From Eutreptiella sp. 'Long Island Sound 2002' (Eukaryota; Protista; Euglenida), in contig OZ038379.1 in NCBI GenBank assembly GCA_964036045.1, positions 2,790,001-2,854,000 on the forward strand: 64,000 nucleotides of DNA, written 5' to 3'. Under the pieces are notes generated by a model. That model worked only from the letters and a program-made list of their open reading frames with translations. It did no database searches and was not told the origin of the DNA. The position numbers and the translations under genes are program-made. Positions 49,286 to 59,300 of the stretch are shown piece by piece. Numbering within the stretch: the stretch's first letter is position 1; each line of letters starts with the position of its first letter.

Positions 49286-49313
<28 letters not shown>
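49286..49313. repeat. (CA)n microsatellite
   Basis: Read directly. Confidence 0.95.
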
Positions 49314-49318
<5 letters not shown>

Positions 49319-49365
49319 CAAACGGATACCCCCCCCACCCCCTACACCTCCTCGCTCTCCCTCTC

Positions 49366-49412
49366 CTTACGGCGCTTCAGCCGTAAAATTTTTACGGCTG
49401 AAGCGCCGTAAA
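49366..49412. repeat. Two 22-bp palindromes in inverted arrangement forming a ~47-bp near-perfect palindrome
   Basis: CTTACGGCGCTTCAGCCGTAAA-ATT-TTTACGGCTGAAGCGCCGTAAA. Confidence 0.92.
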
Positions 49413-49462
49413 AATTGTACGCCGTATACGATAGCGATAGTAGCGGTAAAAAACTAACATAC

Positions 49463-49969
49463 CTGCACAGTCCTTTAGGACAATGCTTATGCCACTCAAG
49501 GGATCGCCTTGAGCTAATCCATCTACGTATCGCTCGACTAGTGTGTCGTCCAGTATACGACATTGCCCAAACATCCCCTCGGTGTCAAAGTTAATGTCGT
49601 CGACACTGACGTCTGTTGCAGTACTTATGATGTACTGGCTGATGTCGTAGCCAAAAGCTGCTGTACATCTCTGAGTTGCTCGTCGGTAGTGTTAGTGCGT
49701 CGGGCACTGGTCTCCAGAACCGGCTGCCCCTCCCCCTGGGTAGGGATGGCGTACTGTGGCAGTGTTGTCTGTCGCAGTCGCGGCTTGCTCTGTTGCACCA
49801 CACGCCTCAGGTCTATGTCCTGGTATTCCTCAGCCTCCAAATCCTCCTGGTCCTGGCCTTTGGGTATCCCAAGATATTCGGATTCGTAGTCGTCCGCGGT
49901 TCCGTCGTTTACGTGTGCCAGTTCGTCTCCACTGGATTGTAGATCGGCGTCCAGATGCTGTATGTCACC
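49463..49969 (-). pseudogene. 3' half of the split acidic-protein gene, now inverted
   Basis: GDIQHLDADLQSSGDE...EAEEYQD...; an 11-bp insertion near 49625 (AGTAC duplicated) breaks the frame; GTATGT donor at 49462. Confidence 0.6.
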
Positions 49970-50140
49970 AAGGGGGGCGGGATTTTCGGAAATCGGATAT
50001 CATGCCTAAAAAACCCCCCCAGAGCCAAATTTAAAACAGGGGGGGTTTGGGGGGGGGGGGTTAAGGGGGTTTTTCGCTGCGCGAGGGTATTGTCTGCGGA
50101 AAGGGCACCCCGGCCCCCCAAACCGCCCCCCCCCCCCCCA
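49970..50140 (-). mobile_element. Inverted right end of the small TIR element
   Basis: AAGGGGGGCGGGATTTTCGGAAATCGGATA, adjacent to the reverse complement of the TSD (GTATGTCACC, 49960-49969). Confidence 0.6.
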
Positions 50141-50301
50141 TGAAGAACATAGTGTCGGGCACCTCCGAACAGTTGGGTATGCGGCCCAAGTGTGATCCGA
50201 CAATTCGCACCGCCCCTACCAACGTCTATCGTAGGGCTTCATCGGCTTGGGTATTTCCGGCCGTGGGTACCAGAAACCTCGGGGCTGTGGGTCTCCGAGG
50301 C

Positions 50302-50425
50302 GGTCATGGGGTTCGAAGTACACCATGGGGTTAGAATTGCAGCATGGGGGTTGACCCGCATCAAGGTCCGTCATGGGGTTCGGAATGCATCATGGGGCCA
50401 GAAATACACCATGGGGTGGGAAATG
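50302..50425. repeat. Array of six CATGGGG-core ~19-bp repeats (spacing 19,19,29,19,19)
   Basis: CATGGGG at 50305, 50324, 50343, 50372, 50391 and 50410. Confidence 0.85.
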
Positions 50426-50506
50426 CGTCAAGGGGAGGGCATAAAAGAAGGGGTGTGTGTGTGACTATACTGGTCGGCCGACGCAACTCGGGAGGCCCTT
50501 AAGGCT

Positions 50507-53013
50507 ATGGCAGGCCAGGCCTCCCTCCCCGCGCCATTGTGTGGCCTTCCAGTCCGTTTTACTACAAACTTGCATCACATCACTAACTGTGTGCACCGGC
50601 TTACATACATGGTCATAGGGAACAAACCAATATGCATTGGTGGCCAACATATTACCAAGGCCTGCAAGACTCGACGCAACTACCTGGTGGACACTGGCGT
50701 ACCCTTGCATCGGATATGCCGGCATCTCCAGGTTATGTCGGCCACCATTTTTGCCTCGGACACCCCCCTCCATATTCTAGAGGAGGCGGCGGGCCGCCAC
50801 CAGAGGCAACAGCACGGCATATCCGAAAGTCGGACTGCCGACCTGGTAGATTTTCTCCTTAGGAGAATTAGGAGGCAAAATGCCGGCGGGCTAGGCATAC
50901 ACCTGAGCCCAGATAACTTATTTGCAGCCATACTAGCGTCTGGGGTACGTTTGATGGACGTTGGGACTACTGAGGAACAGAAAACCAGGTCACCTCAACA
51001 GCAGAAGGAGATGCTGGACAAACGGGTATGTTCGTAGTATCTTGTCAACATCTTTCGTATTGTTTATTTCTGCTTATCTATGTCCTCCATTTAGAGGGGT
51101 GACGCTATTAGGCGCTTTACTGGTTTGGGTTATGTCGTCACTGCCGCATCGTACGACGACACCTTTTCAAAGGTGGTTTGGTCAATCAACGAATATTTCG
51201 AGGCTCCCTATGAGCCGATCAAAGCAACAACGTTCCGTGACTACAGCAGTGGCCTGGCCATCTCCGATGTACAGGACCTAGTGCAGTGGCTGTCTGACCG
51301 GCCGTTGAGTGTTACAGGAAACAAGTTGAGCGAGTTTTTGCGGTTTCTGAAAACCAGACGCAACATTATTTGGAATCTATGTCACCCCAAGAATACACTA
51401 GTGGCACCAGAGAACAGTATGTTCCTTCCAGTCCCCTTACTTCGTAGTACTAGTATACGCCATTCCGCCTTTTAGTTGTTGTACCGTTTACGGCGCTAGC
51501 GCCGTACATTATTACTTCTCTGCTGCTGCGCATCACAGAGTCCCTCGAGATGTGTACGAGGCTGGCAGAAGTGATGGCCCAGAAGCACAGCGACAAGTGG
51601 ATGCCAAAAGGTGGCCTTGGCGGAAGGGCGTATGCGGAGCTGAGGACAGGCCGTGCAGACTGGCCTCAGTGGACGGCTCTTCTAGAGAGCCCAATCTGGA
51701 CGGATGCATCCTGTGCGGAACTCCGTTCCAGGTTGCAGAATCCTTCTGGGAACGCGACCGTCACGTCGGCCAAAGGGCCTACTTGTACTGGTGCCCTCGT
51801 TCGGGCGGAACTGGAATTTGGGGATTGGAAGAAACTTATTGTGGCAGGACCCACTTTTGGGTCGGTGGCTGGTGCACGTGGTACCCAGTGCGTCTACGTG
51901 GAGGCGACTAAGGATGATATTCCCCACAGCCAGGACATCATCCAAATCGCCAACGGAGGTACACCAGTTATTGTACTGGGCCGCGGCACCGTCGTCCAAG
52001 ATTGGTTAGACCAGAATTGTACTGATGGAGCCTCGCAGGCTAACAATTTCCGGACTGTAAGTACTATTTACTTGGGGTCAGCTGAGGAACGGCAGTTGTT
52101 CCTCCCTGACCCAAAGCAGACAGGTCTTGCAGGTTCCCTGGTGATGGCCATTTTGAGCCCTAAGGCTATGGTCCTCCCTAGTTACATTGGGAGTCAACTA
52201 GGTTTGCGGGCCAGTGTCATGGCCTTCCCCGTGTTGAAACTGGGGTTGAAGCCCGATCTCAATCAGGGGAATTTTCGGTGCTTGGCACTGGCCTTGAACC
52301 CAGGGCGAACAGATGGTATGCTTTTGACTGCCAGTTTGGCAGATGAGTTTCCCCGTTGGCAGATTTCTGTGGTCAGTGAGCCACATAATTTGGCACATTT
52401 TGACCACAATCTGGCGACTGCCACATCCAAGTATTATGGGACTGTGTCTGCAGACCTGGCCCATGAGGTAACACTTTTGTGCAAGGGCCAGGTTCTGGAT
52501 GACCAGAACATTGCTGTTCTTAGTGTGGAGGAGAGGGCAGCCCAGCGTAGGCGTGTTGGCGAACTGGTCGCCCAGCATAAGAGGGAGCAGAAGAGGAAGG
52601 CCCAAAGGGAAAAGGCTGAGACCAAGAAGGCGGTAAAAACCGCCCTGCAGGGACGAAAAACACAGAAGGCTGCCCAGAGTAGTGGGGCAGCCCTGGAGAC
52701 TGCTGCAGTTGCAGCCCCATCAGATGAAACAGGTATCGTGGGCAACAGTGCCCAAACTCCAAGTAAAGCAGCAGCAGCTAGGCAGGATGCAGCTGACATT
52801 GTCGCTGCAAAGGCAGGTACCCCTGCCAAGGCAGGGACCAGTATGGGGAGCGGTACCGCCTCCCCAAGCAGCAAGAAGAGGCTAGCCAGGGCCCCAGGGC
52901 TTCGGTCTAAGAGGCCTAAGCTTCCAGCAGTTGCCGAGCCTGCTGCACATGGGGATAGGGCTGAGGTTCTTGGTACCACTGAGTTGGAGGCCCTCTTTGT
53001 CGGGCTGCCGTAG
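50507..53013 (+). CDS. Spliced orphan gene, predicted 771 aa (exons 50507-51025, 51095-51416, 51539-53013)
   Basis: Two GTATGT...AG introns (69 and 122 nt) join three ORFs in frame: 519+322+1475 = 2316 nt; no recognisable domain. Confidence 0.72.
51487..51508. repeat. 22-bp palindrome TTTACGGCGCTAGCGCCGTACA inside intron 2 of the orphan gene
   Basis: Read directly. Confidence 0.88.
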
Positions 53014-53772
53014 TGTACATTACGGTGATACATTACATTGACTACACTACATTGATTATGTTCATACTCCATTACCAGATAGTTGTGCGTTATGGTTATC
53101 CTCCGTTTTTGGGAGCGATCAAACTGTATGAACACGTGGGGCACAAATTGAACTGTTTTTCTACCTATTGCTTGCCCGTTTCCTTTTGGGGTGTTCCATT
53201 TTTTGCGCCTCAAGCGCCGTAGATTTTTTACGGCGCTTCAACCGTAAACAGCATGCGTCAATGACATGGAAGATGAAACAGTTCCGTTGGCATTCCATTA
53301 CAAAATTTGGTGAAATTTCATAATTTTTCCACAGTGAGATGCTAAGTCGATTGCATACATCAGAAAGGGGTGCAGGATAAATAGGTAATAGCTTCATACC
53401 TAGCAGTTGACGTGACATTTTTTTTCACTGCCTGCTAATACACGTCAAATCGAAAGGTGACTCTTTTTCACACAAAGTGGTATGTGTTAGTTGGATACTG
53501 CAAGCCACCTGTAAGCACGGTGATCTGCACATCAATGCTCAGCAAGGATCTTTGTCACCCCCCTTTTCTGTAGAATTTTTGTCGTATTTTGTGTTGCATT
53601 TTGACGTAACTTGGGGCACGTTCGTTTTAGGGTACATTTTTTTACGGCTCCGGCGCCGTAAATTTTCGCAAACAAGTGAAATCTGCTGCAAACCCCCATG
53701 TTTTCACGATGTGCTCGCGTTTTTGTACGTTTTTGGGGCATTTACGGCGCCTGCATTTTGGGGGGGACTGCC

Positions 53773-53805
53773 GGCAACCTTGCGAATAGTGCACCCCAAG
53801 ACAAA
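53773..53805 (-). mobile_element. Right TIR (53773-53800) plus TSD ACAAA (53801-53805) of the giant element
   Basis: Exact reverse complement of 25779-25806; palindromes at 53227-53248 (one mismatch) and 53641-53662 lie inside it. Confidence 0.75.
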
Positions 53806-54145
53806 AACAACGTTCCAAATTCTGTCCAGTGATGTGCTGAGGGACACCAATTGCTTTGCAGTTGGATGTCCCCAGTAGAACACCTGGCTCATCGCTGGAC
53901 ATCCGAACGTAGATCTGAGGGGAATGTAATAATATGGCCCTCAATTGTCCAAAAAAAATGGGCGAATGGCAGGAAAAGCGCGACCCAGTGGGATTCCTGT
54001 GGCAGTTCCTTCTGCTCATTCTGCTGGGCGCTGCGACCCAATTCTGTTTGTTAGGCTGTGAATTCCAGCCATGGCTAATGTTGCTGTTCCTGGCATGGCC
54101 TGTTAAGGGCAAGGTGTAGCCCCAAAGAGTCATCCAGAGGGGAGT

Positions 54146-55507
54146 GTGACAGCAAGCATGATGCAGCATGCTAGGTATTTTGGCAGTCATGTCCCTACCT
54201 CTCTTGCAGCGCAGTCTTTTACAATGCGGAACGCAACAGTGATGGGATTTCTTCGCTTGCCTTTTGAACTTGTGGAGGAGGTAGCTGCATGGCTGTGGTC
54301 GGATGTCCTGAGCATGGTTTGCCGCTGGCTGCGGAGACTTGGCAGGAGATACGTGAAGATGAAGTGTGAGACCCACAGAGCCATGGCAGTGTTACAGTCT
54401 GCAGCCCCGACACTACGAGTGTTGATTATTTATGTGGACCCTGGTGTGGGCCCTTCAGCATTTGCTTGCCAGAGTGTTGCAACCATACTGCAACAAATTG
54501 GACCACACGCACGGCATCTCCACACGTTGATACTTCCCCGGGAACTCAGAGGTTCAGTCATGAGCGCTGCCCCCCACCTTCAAAACATGGTCCGACTGTC
54601 CGATCTGCGCATAGACGTGTCACACAGGGCTCAGGAGCCTCGGCTGGTGGGGGCTGAACGCTTCTCTGCCCTGAAGGCTCTTCCCCATCTGTGCAATTTG
54701 TACCTCAATCTCTCTGGCAACAAGCTTGGTGACACTGGTGCTAAAGCACTGGCAGAGTTGCGTGAGGCTCCGCTGTTGCACAAGCTGCGCCTTGATTGCT
54801 CAAAAACCAAAGTGGGGGATGTTGGTGCCAAAGCACTGGCAAAGTTGTGTGAGGCTCCGCTGTTGCACAAGCTGCACCTTGATTGCTCAAAGACCCAAGT
54901 GGGGGATGTTGGTGCCAAGGCTTTTGCCACCCTCGGGCGTGCCTGCAAGCTCAAAGTTTTGACGCTTAGCCTGGACCACACCTGGGTGGGTCCGTCAGGT
55001 GCTGGAGCACTTGGCCTGTTGAAAGACTGCCCGCGGCTGCGAAGCTTGAAACTTAATCTTTCTTACACGACAGTGAAAGACACCGGGGCCGCTGGACTGG
55101 CAGCTCTTGCAGCTGCCCCAAGACTCCGTTCGCTGGAGCTAAATTTGGAAGGATCGGACCGAGGACCCAAAATCTCAGACAAGGGAGCTCAGGCCCTCGC
55201 AGGGCTACACAAAGCAAGATGTCTTCGTTCCCTTGATCTGAACCTGAGGTTCAATAAAGTCAAGGATGAAGGCGCCAAATGTTTGGCTCTCCTCGGTGCA
55301 CCACAGCTGCACAGCCTCCGTTTAGACCTTGCGGGAAATATGATTGCGTCCAGTGGTGCCAGCGCCCTTGTTGACCGCAGCACTGTCCTGATGCCGAGGA
55401 TATTCGTCCTCCACTTGGAGAGAAATAAGATTTCCCACAGCACGCAAGTGAGTTTGGAGGCATTGCATGTGGAAGGCTTGAAGTTGGACGTCTCACAGCA
55501 ACGTTGA
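54146..55507 (+). CDS. Second copy of the F-box-like/LRR gene
   Basis: 453-aa ORF differing from copy 1 at two residues that I noticed (R to C, E to K). Confidence 0.9.
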   Translation: MTASMMQHARYFGSHVPTSLAAQSFTMRNATVMGFLRLPFELVEEVAAWLWSDVLSMVCRWLRRLGRRYVKMKCETHRAMAVLQSAAPTLRVLIIYVDPGVGPSAFACQSVATILQQIGPHARHLHTLILPRELRGSVMSAAPHLQNMVRLSDLRIDVSHRAQEPRLVGAERFSALKALPHLCNLYLNLSGNKLGDTGAKALAELREAPLLHKLRLDCSKTKVGDVGAKALAKLCEAPLLHKLHLDCSKTQVGDVGAKAFATLGRACKLKVLTLSLDHTWVGPSGAGALGLLKDCPRLRSLKLNLSYTTVKDTGAAGLAALAAAPRLRSLELNLEGSDRGPKISDKGAQALAGLHKARCLRSLDLNLRFNKVKDEGAKCLALLGAPQLHSLRLDLAGNMIASSGASALVDRSTVLMPRIFVLHLERNKISHSTQVSLEALHVEGLKLDVSQQR

Positions 55508-55819
55508 ACGCCGTTGTTGCTGTGTTGTATCATGGCATGTATGGGCCACGGGTTGTCCTCTTGTTTCCTTGTTTGTCCTCCTCCACGGGGAGCAATGGGG
55601 AGCAATGTGGATTTTCGGGAATCGTGGGCTGGCGCCAAGGGCTGCTCAAGTCCACTGCGGCTGTTGCTCATTGGAAGCTGAACTTGGGGGCACACAGAAG
55701 TCATCTCCGTCGCCGGTGTGGGACTGCCTCTGTGGCAGGCTGTGCACAGGTCAGGCAGTGGAGTCGCAAGTGCATCACCGGCGTCAGGCCCGTGAGCCCG
55801 GACTACCAGGACTCAGTGG

Positions 55820-56332
55820 ATGGGGGCCCTTGAGAGACTCCAGGTTAGGGTTACTCGGCTGTTGGGCAGGCGGCCTTGTGCCGCGTGCCTGTGTGAGCTG
55901 ACTGCAGGCGATGGGCTGGGTGTTTGGTGCAGCTGGTTCTCCGGTTGCTTAAAGGCTGCCGCTGCGGCCCTGTTGCTGATCACAGGCAGACTTTTGCTCC
56001 CACGCTGCAGATTGGACATCGTCAGGCCGACCGCCCTGAGGTCATCCTGCAGAGGCAGAGATACAAAGCTCGGGAGTAGATGCCGTAGGGGTACGAGGCG
56101 TTTGAAGTTTTTCCAACACATTTATTGGACCCTGTGCTTGTGTGCTTGAGCAATTTTTCGATGTCGCTTTTCTGTCACCCTCCCCCCCCTGGCTTGCCGT
56201 AGCGCCCGCTGGCGACCATGGAGCGTTTCAGGATTGGATGCATTTGAAGGCTTTTTTCTGGTTTGCAACGAGCCTGTGCTGCAAAGCATTCGGTGTGTAA
56301 GGCTTGAAGTTTGACATATCACAGCGACAATA
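55820..56332 (+). pseudogene. Second copy of the decayed LRR paralog
   Basis: Duplicate of 4019-4532. Confidence 0.55.
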
Positions 56333-59300
56333 AGTACCGTTGTTGGAGCCTTTTAACATTGGACGCATTCGGAGGACTGTCTGGAGTTTATGCTCTCTCG
56401 TATCATCACAGCTTTGGCACAGTGGTGCCAACGGGGCTCACGGCTCGGAACATGGCGAATTTGGCTGGTCGACTGGTCCCTGGTGAGGGCACACAGGCCC
56501 AGCCGTTGCTTTCATGAGTTCTCCTTCCGAACGTCTCAACGGCATTGGCCCTACGTCAATGTGGTGATCCACAGCATGTGACCTTGGCTCCTACGAAGGA
56601 CGGGTGACCCCCCCCCCCCCCCACCCAAGCCAGGGTTGCCTCCGTCAATTCACTGGGGGCACTGGGACTGCATGGGTCGGAACGGGCATGGGCCCAGGGC
56701 GGGGGGGGGCGGGGTCGCCCCACCTGCCCTAGGCGACGGCGGTGATAACTGACAGTTAACTGCTCCAAACCAGTTCGCCAACGCACCCCCCAACCCCATG
56801 CCCAACCGCACCTGGCATTGTGGTCTCAGCCTCCATCCCTGCCAATGCATCCCTGCCTCAAGGGCATTTGTCCCCCCCACCCCCCTGATGATCCCACAAG
56901 CGTCGAAACAGATCGGTCAATTTTCGTTTGGTTTGCTGAAAATTCCTGCCACACATTGACCCCCCTCCCCCCCCCTGCTTGTGCACATTTGTGTTGGATT
57001 GTCTTTTGTGTAGGTTTTCGGAAGCTCACTGAGCTGCTGCTGCCTCTGTGTTTGTGTTCTGCTTCATGCAATATACTCAAGCAGCCGCCCCTGATGCTGT
57101 GCCCAATTGCTGCAGCTGCCGTCTCCTCGAGCCCTCTCCTAAGCTGCTCAGGGCACATTTGAAACTCATGATGCAAACTCATTTCGACGGATTTCCACCG
57201 ATGGCCAAACAGCAGTTTGTCGTTACTACTTTGTACTACTGCGCTGGACCCTGAGCACTCCGGTACCCCCCCCCCTTTCCAAACACGGCGTTGTCCAAAC
57301 ACGCTGACCCCGTTTTTCTGCACTTTTTGAACCATGATTTTTGCGATTCCTACTAAGCAACGCGCGCGGCCTTGTTCAAACACACTGACCCCGTGTTTCC
57401 GCACTTTTCAGTCTGGCATGGCGTCAGCACCATGCTGGTTAACCTGACATCATGGCCTCAGCTTGCACAAAAACTTCCTCCGGGCAAAAACCAAATTTTA
57501 TAGAAGAAAATTTGTTCGGACGCTTGAATGCTCAAGGGGTGTAGGGTTGGATTGGAGTATTGGAGTATTGGAGTGGAGTCGGGTGGTTGCGGAACCAACG
57601 GAACCTCATACTGACTCATGGGGTCATCTTTCAGGGCCTCGCAATCAGGTGGTGGTGAAACCAGTGGGACCGCATAGAGGTCCTGTGTGTCACTCATATG
57701 CTCTGGTGAGAGGCACGGGGAGGAGGTGGGTGGGGACGAGGGGTCGGAGATCCAAAGGTTTGTGTACAAGTGCAGCTGACCAGTCCAAGGGTGCAACAGT
57801 GCTTCGAACAGCCAGGTCAGGCCAGAGGACGATTGCAGGAACCCTTTCCTGCACACACCACCATGGTGTACAGCATGGCTCCTATGAGTGCGCCCCCCCA
57901 TCAACAGGGTGCCATCGTGGGACATGGACAGACGGCCCGTGAACAAACCTAACCGTTTGTGCTGACGGAACCTCTTGCCATACAGGCGAGGTGCTCACGC
58001 CATCAATATATTTCCTCGCTGAAGGGGGTCCGGATAGAAGTATGGCCCCGAGCCCATGGTCTATAGCTGCTCAATATTACGCCCCCCAACCTCCTCTCCT
58101 TCTAATGCAACCCTGCCCAACAACCCAAGCACCTGACAGGGCATGGTTTTCTCTGTGATGCCGGTCACGGCGGTGCCCTTGCGGGAGCGCAGCTGGGCAC
58201 AAACTCTTAACAGTGACAGCGTCCCTGGCCTTAGTCTACTTCTTTGCGAAGATAGAGGGTAGGCTGTTTGGACCAGTTGTACCCAACACAAATGGTCTCA
58301 GCGCTTGTTGAGCAGGGTAGCACTGCACCTCACAATGGCGGACAGTTCAAAATTACCAAACAGGGTGGGGTATCCCTCTTTGCGTCAAGAATGCTTCCCA
58401 GTGTCAATCCAAGAGTCTGGTGTTATATTATACTTGTTGCTTTATCCCGGGCTGATGCTCGAGTGTCAGTGAGACCTATCCTGACATGGGAAAAAAAAAA
58501 ATAAGAGGGTGGAGTAGTGTCCCAGTAATCACTGTGTCACCGTGAACAGATATCAACAGTGATACAGTACCTCTGTCGTATTGCGTGCTTCGTTCCTGGA
58601 GTGCCAATGGTAGTGCTAGACTCCTGCTCGCCTCGGAGCAGGAGTTGCTAGCTTTCTGGCGTGATGATCTGGAAACCTCTACAGAAGTTTGGGGCTGAAT
58701 TCCGGCAGTGACTTGCCACTGCCTGCGGACCGACACTCTTGAGTGTTGTACAGTACTTTTGTACCAGCGCGTTGCAACGGAAAAGCAATTGGGCCAGCCT
58801 TTTATTAAATTTCGCAGCTACTTTCACTTGTGCCTTTTCCTTGGCTTTGCACTTTTGGGCATGGCAATAGCCCACTGCGACTCAAAGGTGACAAGTGTCT
58901 GTTGCAGTTTTAGTGAATGGTACTACTGCCTTGGCGGTCTCATGTATGCACATGCAGAACTTACCTAAGTCCGGCATGCCAGAGTTTCTTGCTCTCATGG
59001 CAATGTGAGGACTTCATCCACAACCGCTCTCTGAGTCTGAGGGAAAAAGCCCAACACCGCGACTCCCTAAGCCGTTCAACATGCATTCCTCCCCTCTCAT
59101 ATACATGAATGCAGGATCACTCATGTAACATCTTACCGGACATCTCATTCCGGTCTAATGACCGAGCTTTTGCAAGGGACACGTAAGTCTGAGTACCAAA
59201 AATGCAACAGGGATTCAACGCCAACAATGTGAACAGATCCACTGACGCATCACTGATCGTGCCGCCAGCATGGGTGTGGGAAGGCGAGGTAAGTGACAGC

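Larger units (their letters stand above)
25779..53800. mobile_element. Giant (28,022 bp) TIR-bounded DNA-transposon-like element with nested DIRS and satellite
   Basis: Perfect 28-bp TIRs CTTGGGGTGCACTATTCGCAAGGTTGCC (25779-25806; reverse complement 53773-53800); ACAAA on both outer sides (25774-25778, 53801-53805); symmetric subterminal palindromes; DDE-like gene inside. Confidence 0.72.

Noticed and set aside
51200-51400. Possible helix-hairpin-helix-like motif (RPLSVTGNKLSEFLRFL) in the orphan protein
   Set aside because: The resemblance is too weak to call without a profile search.
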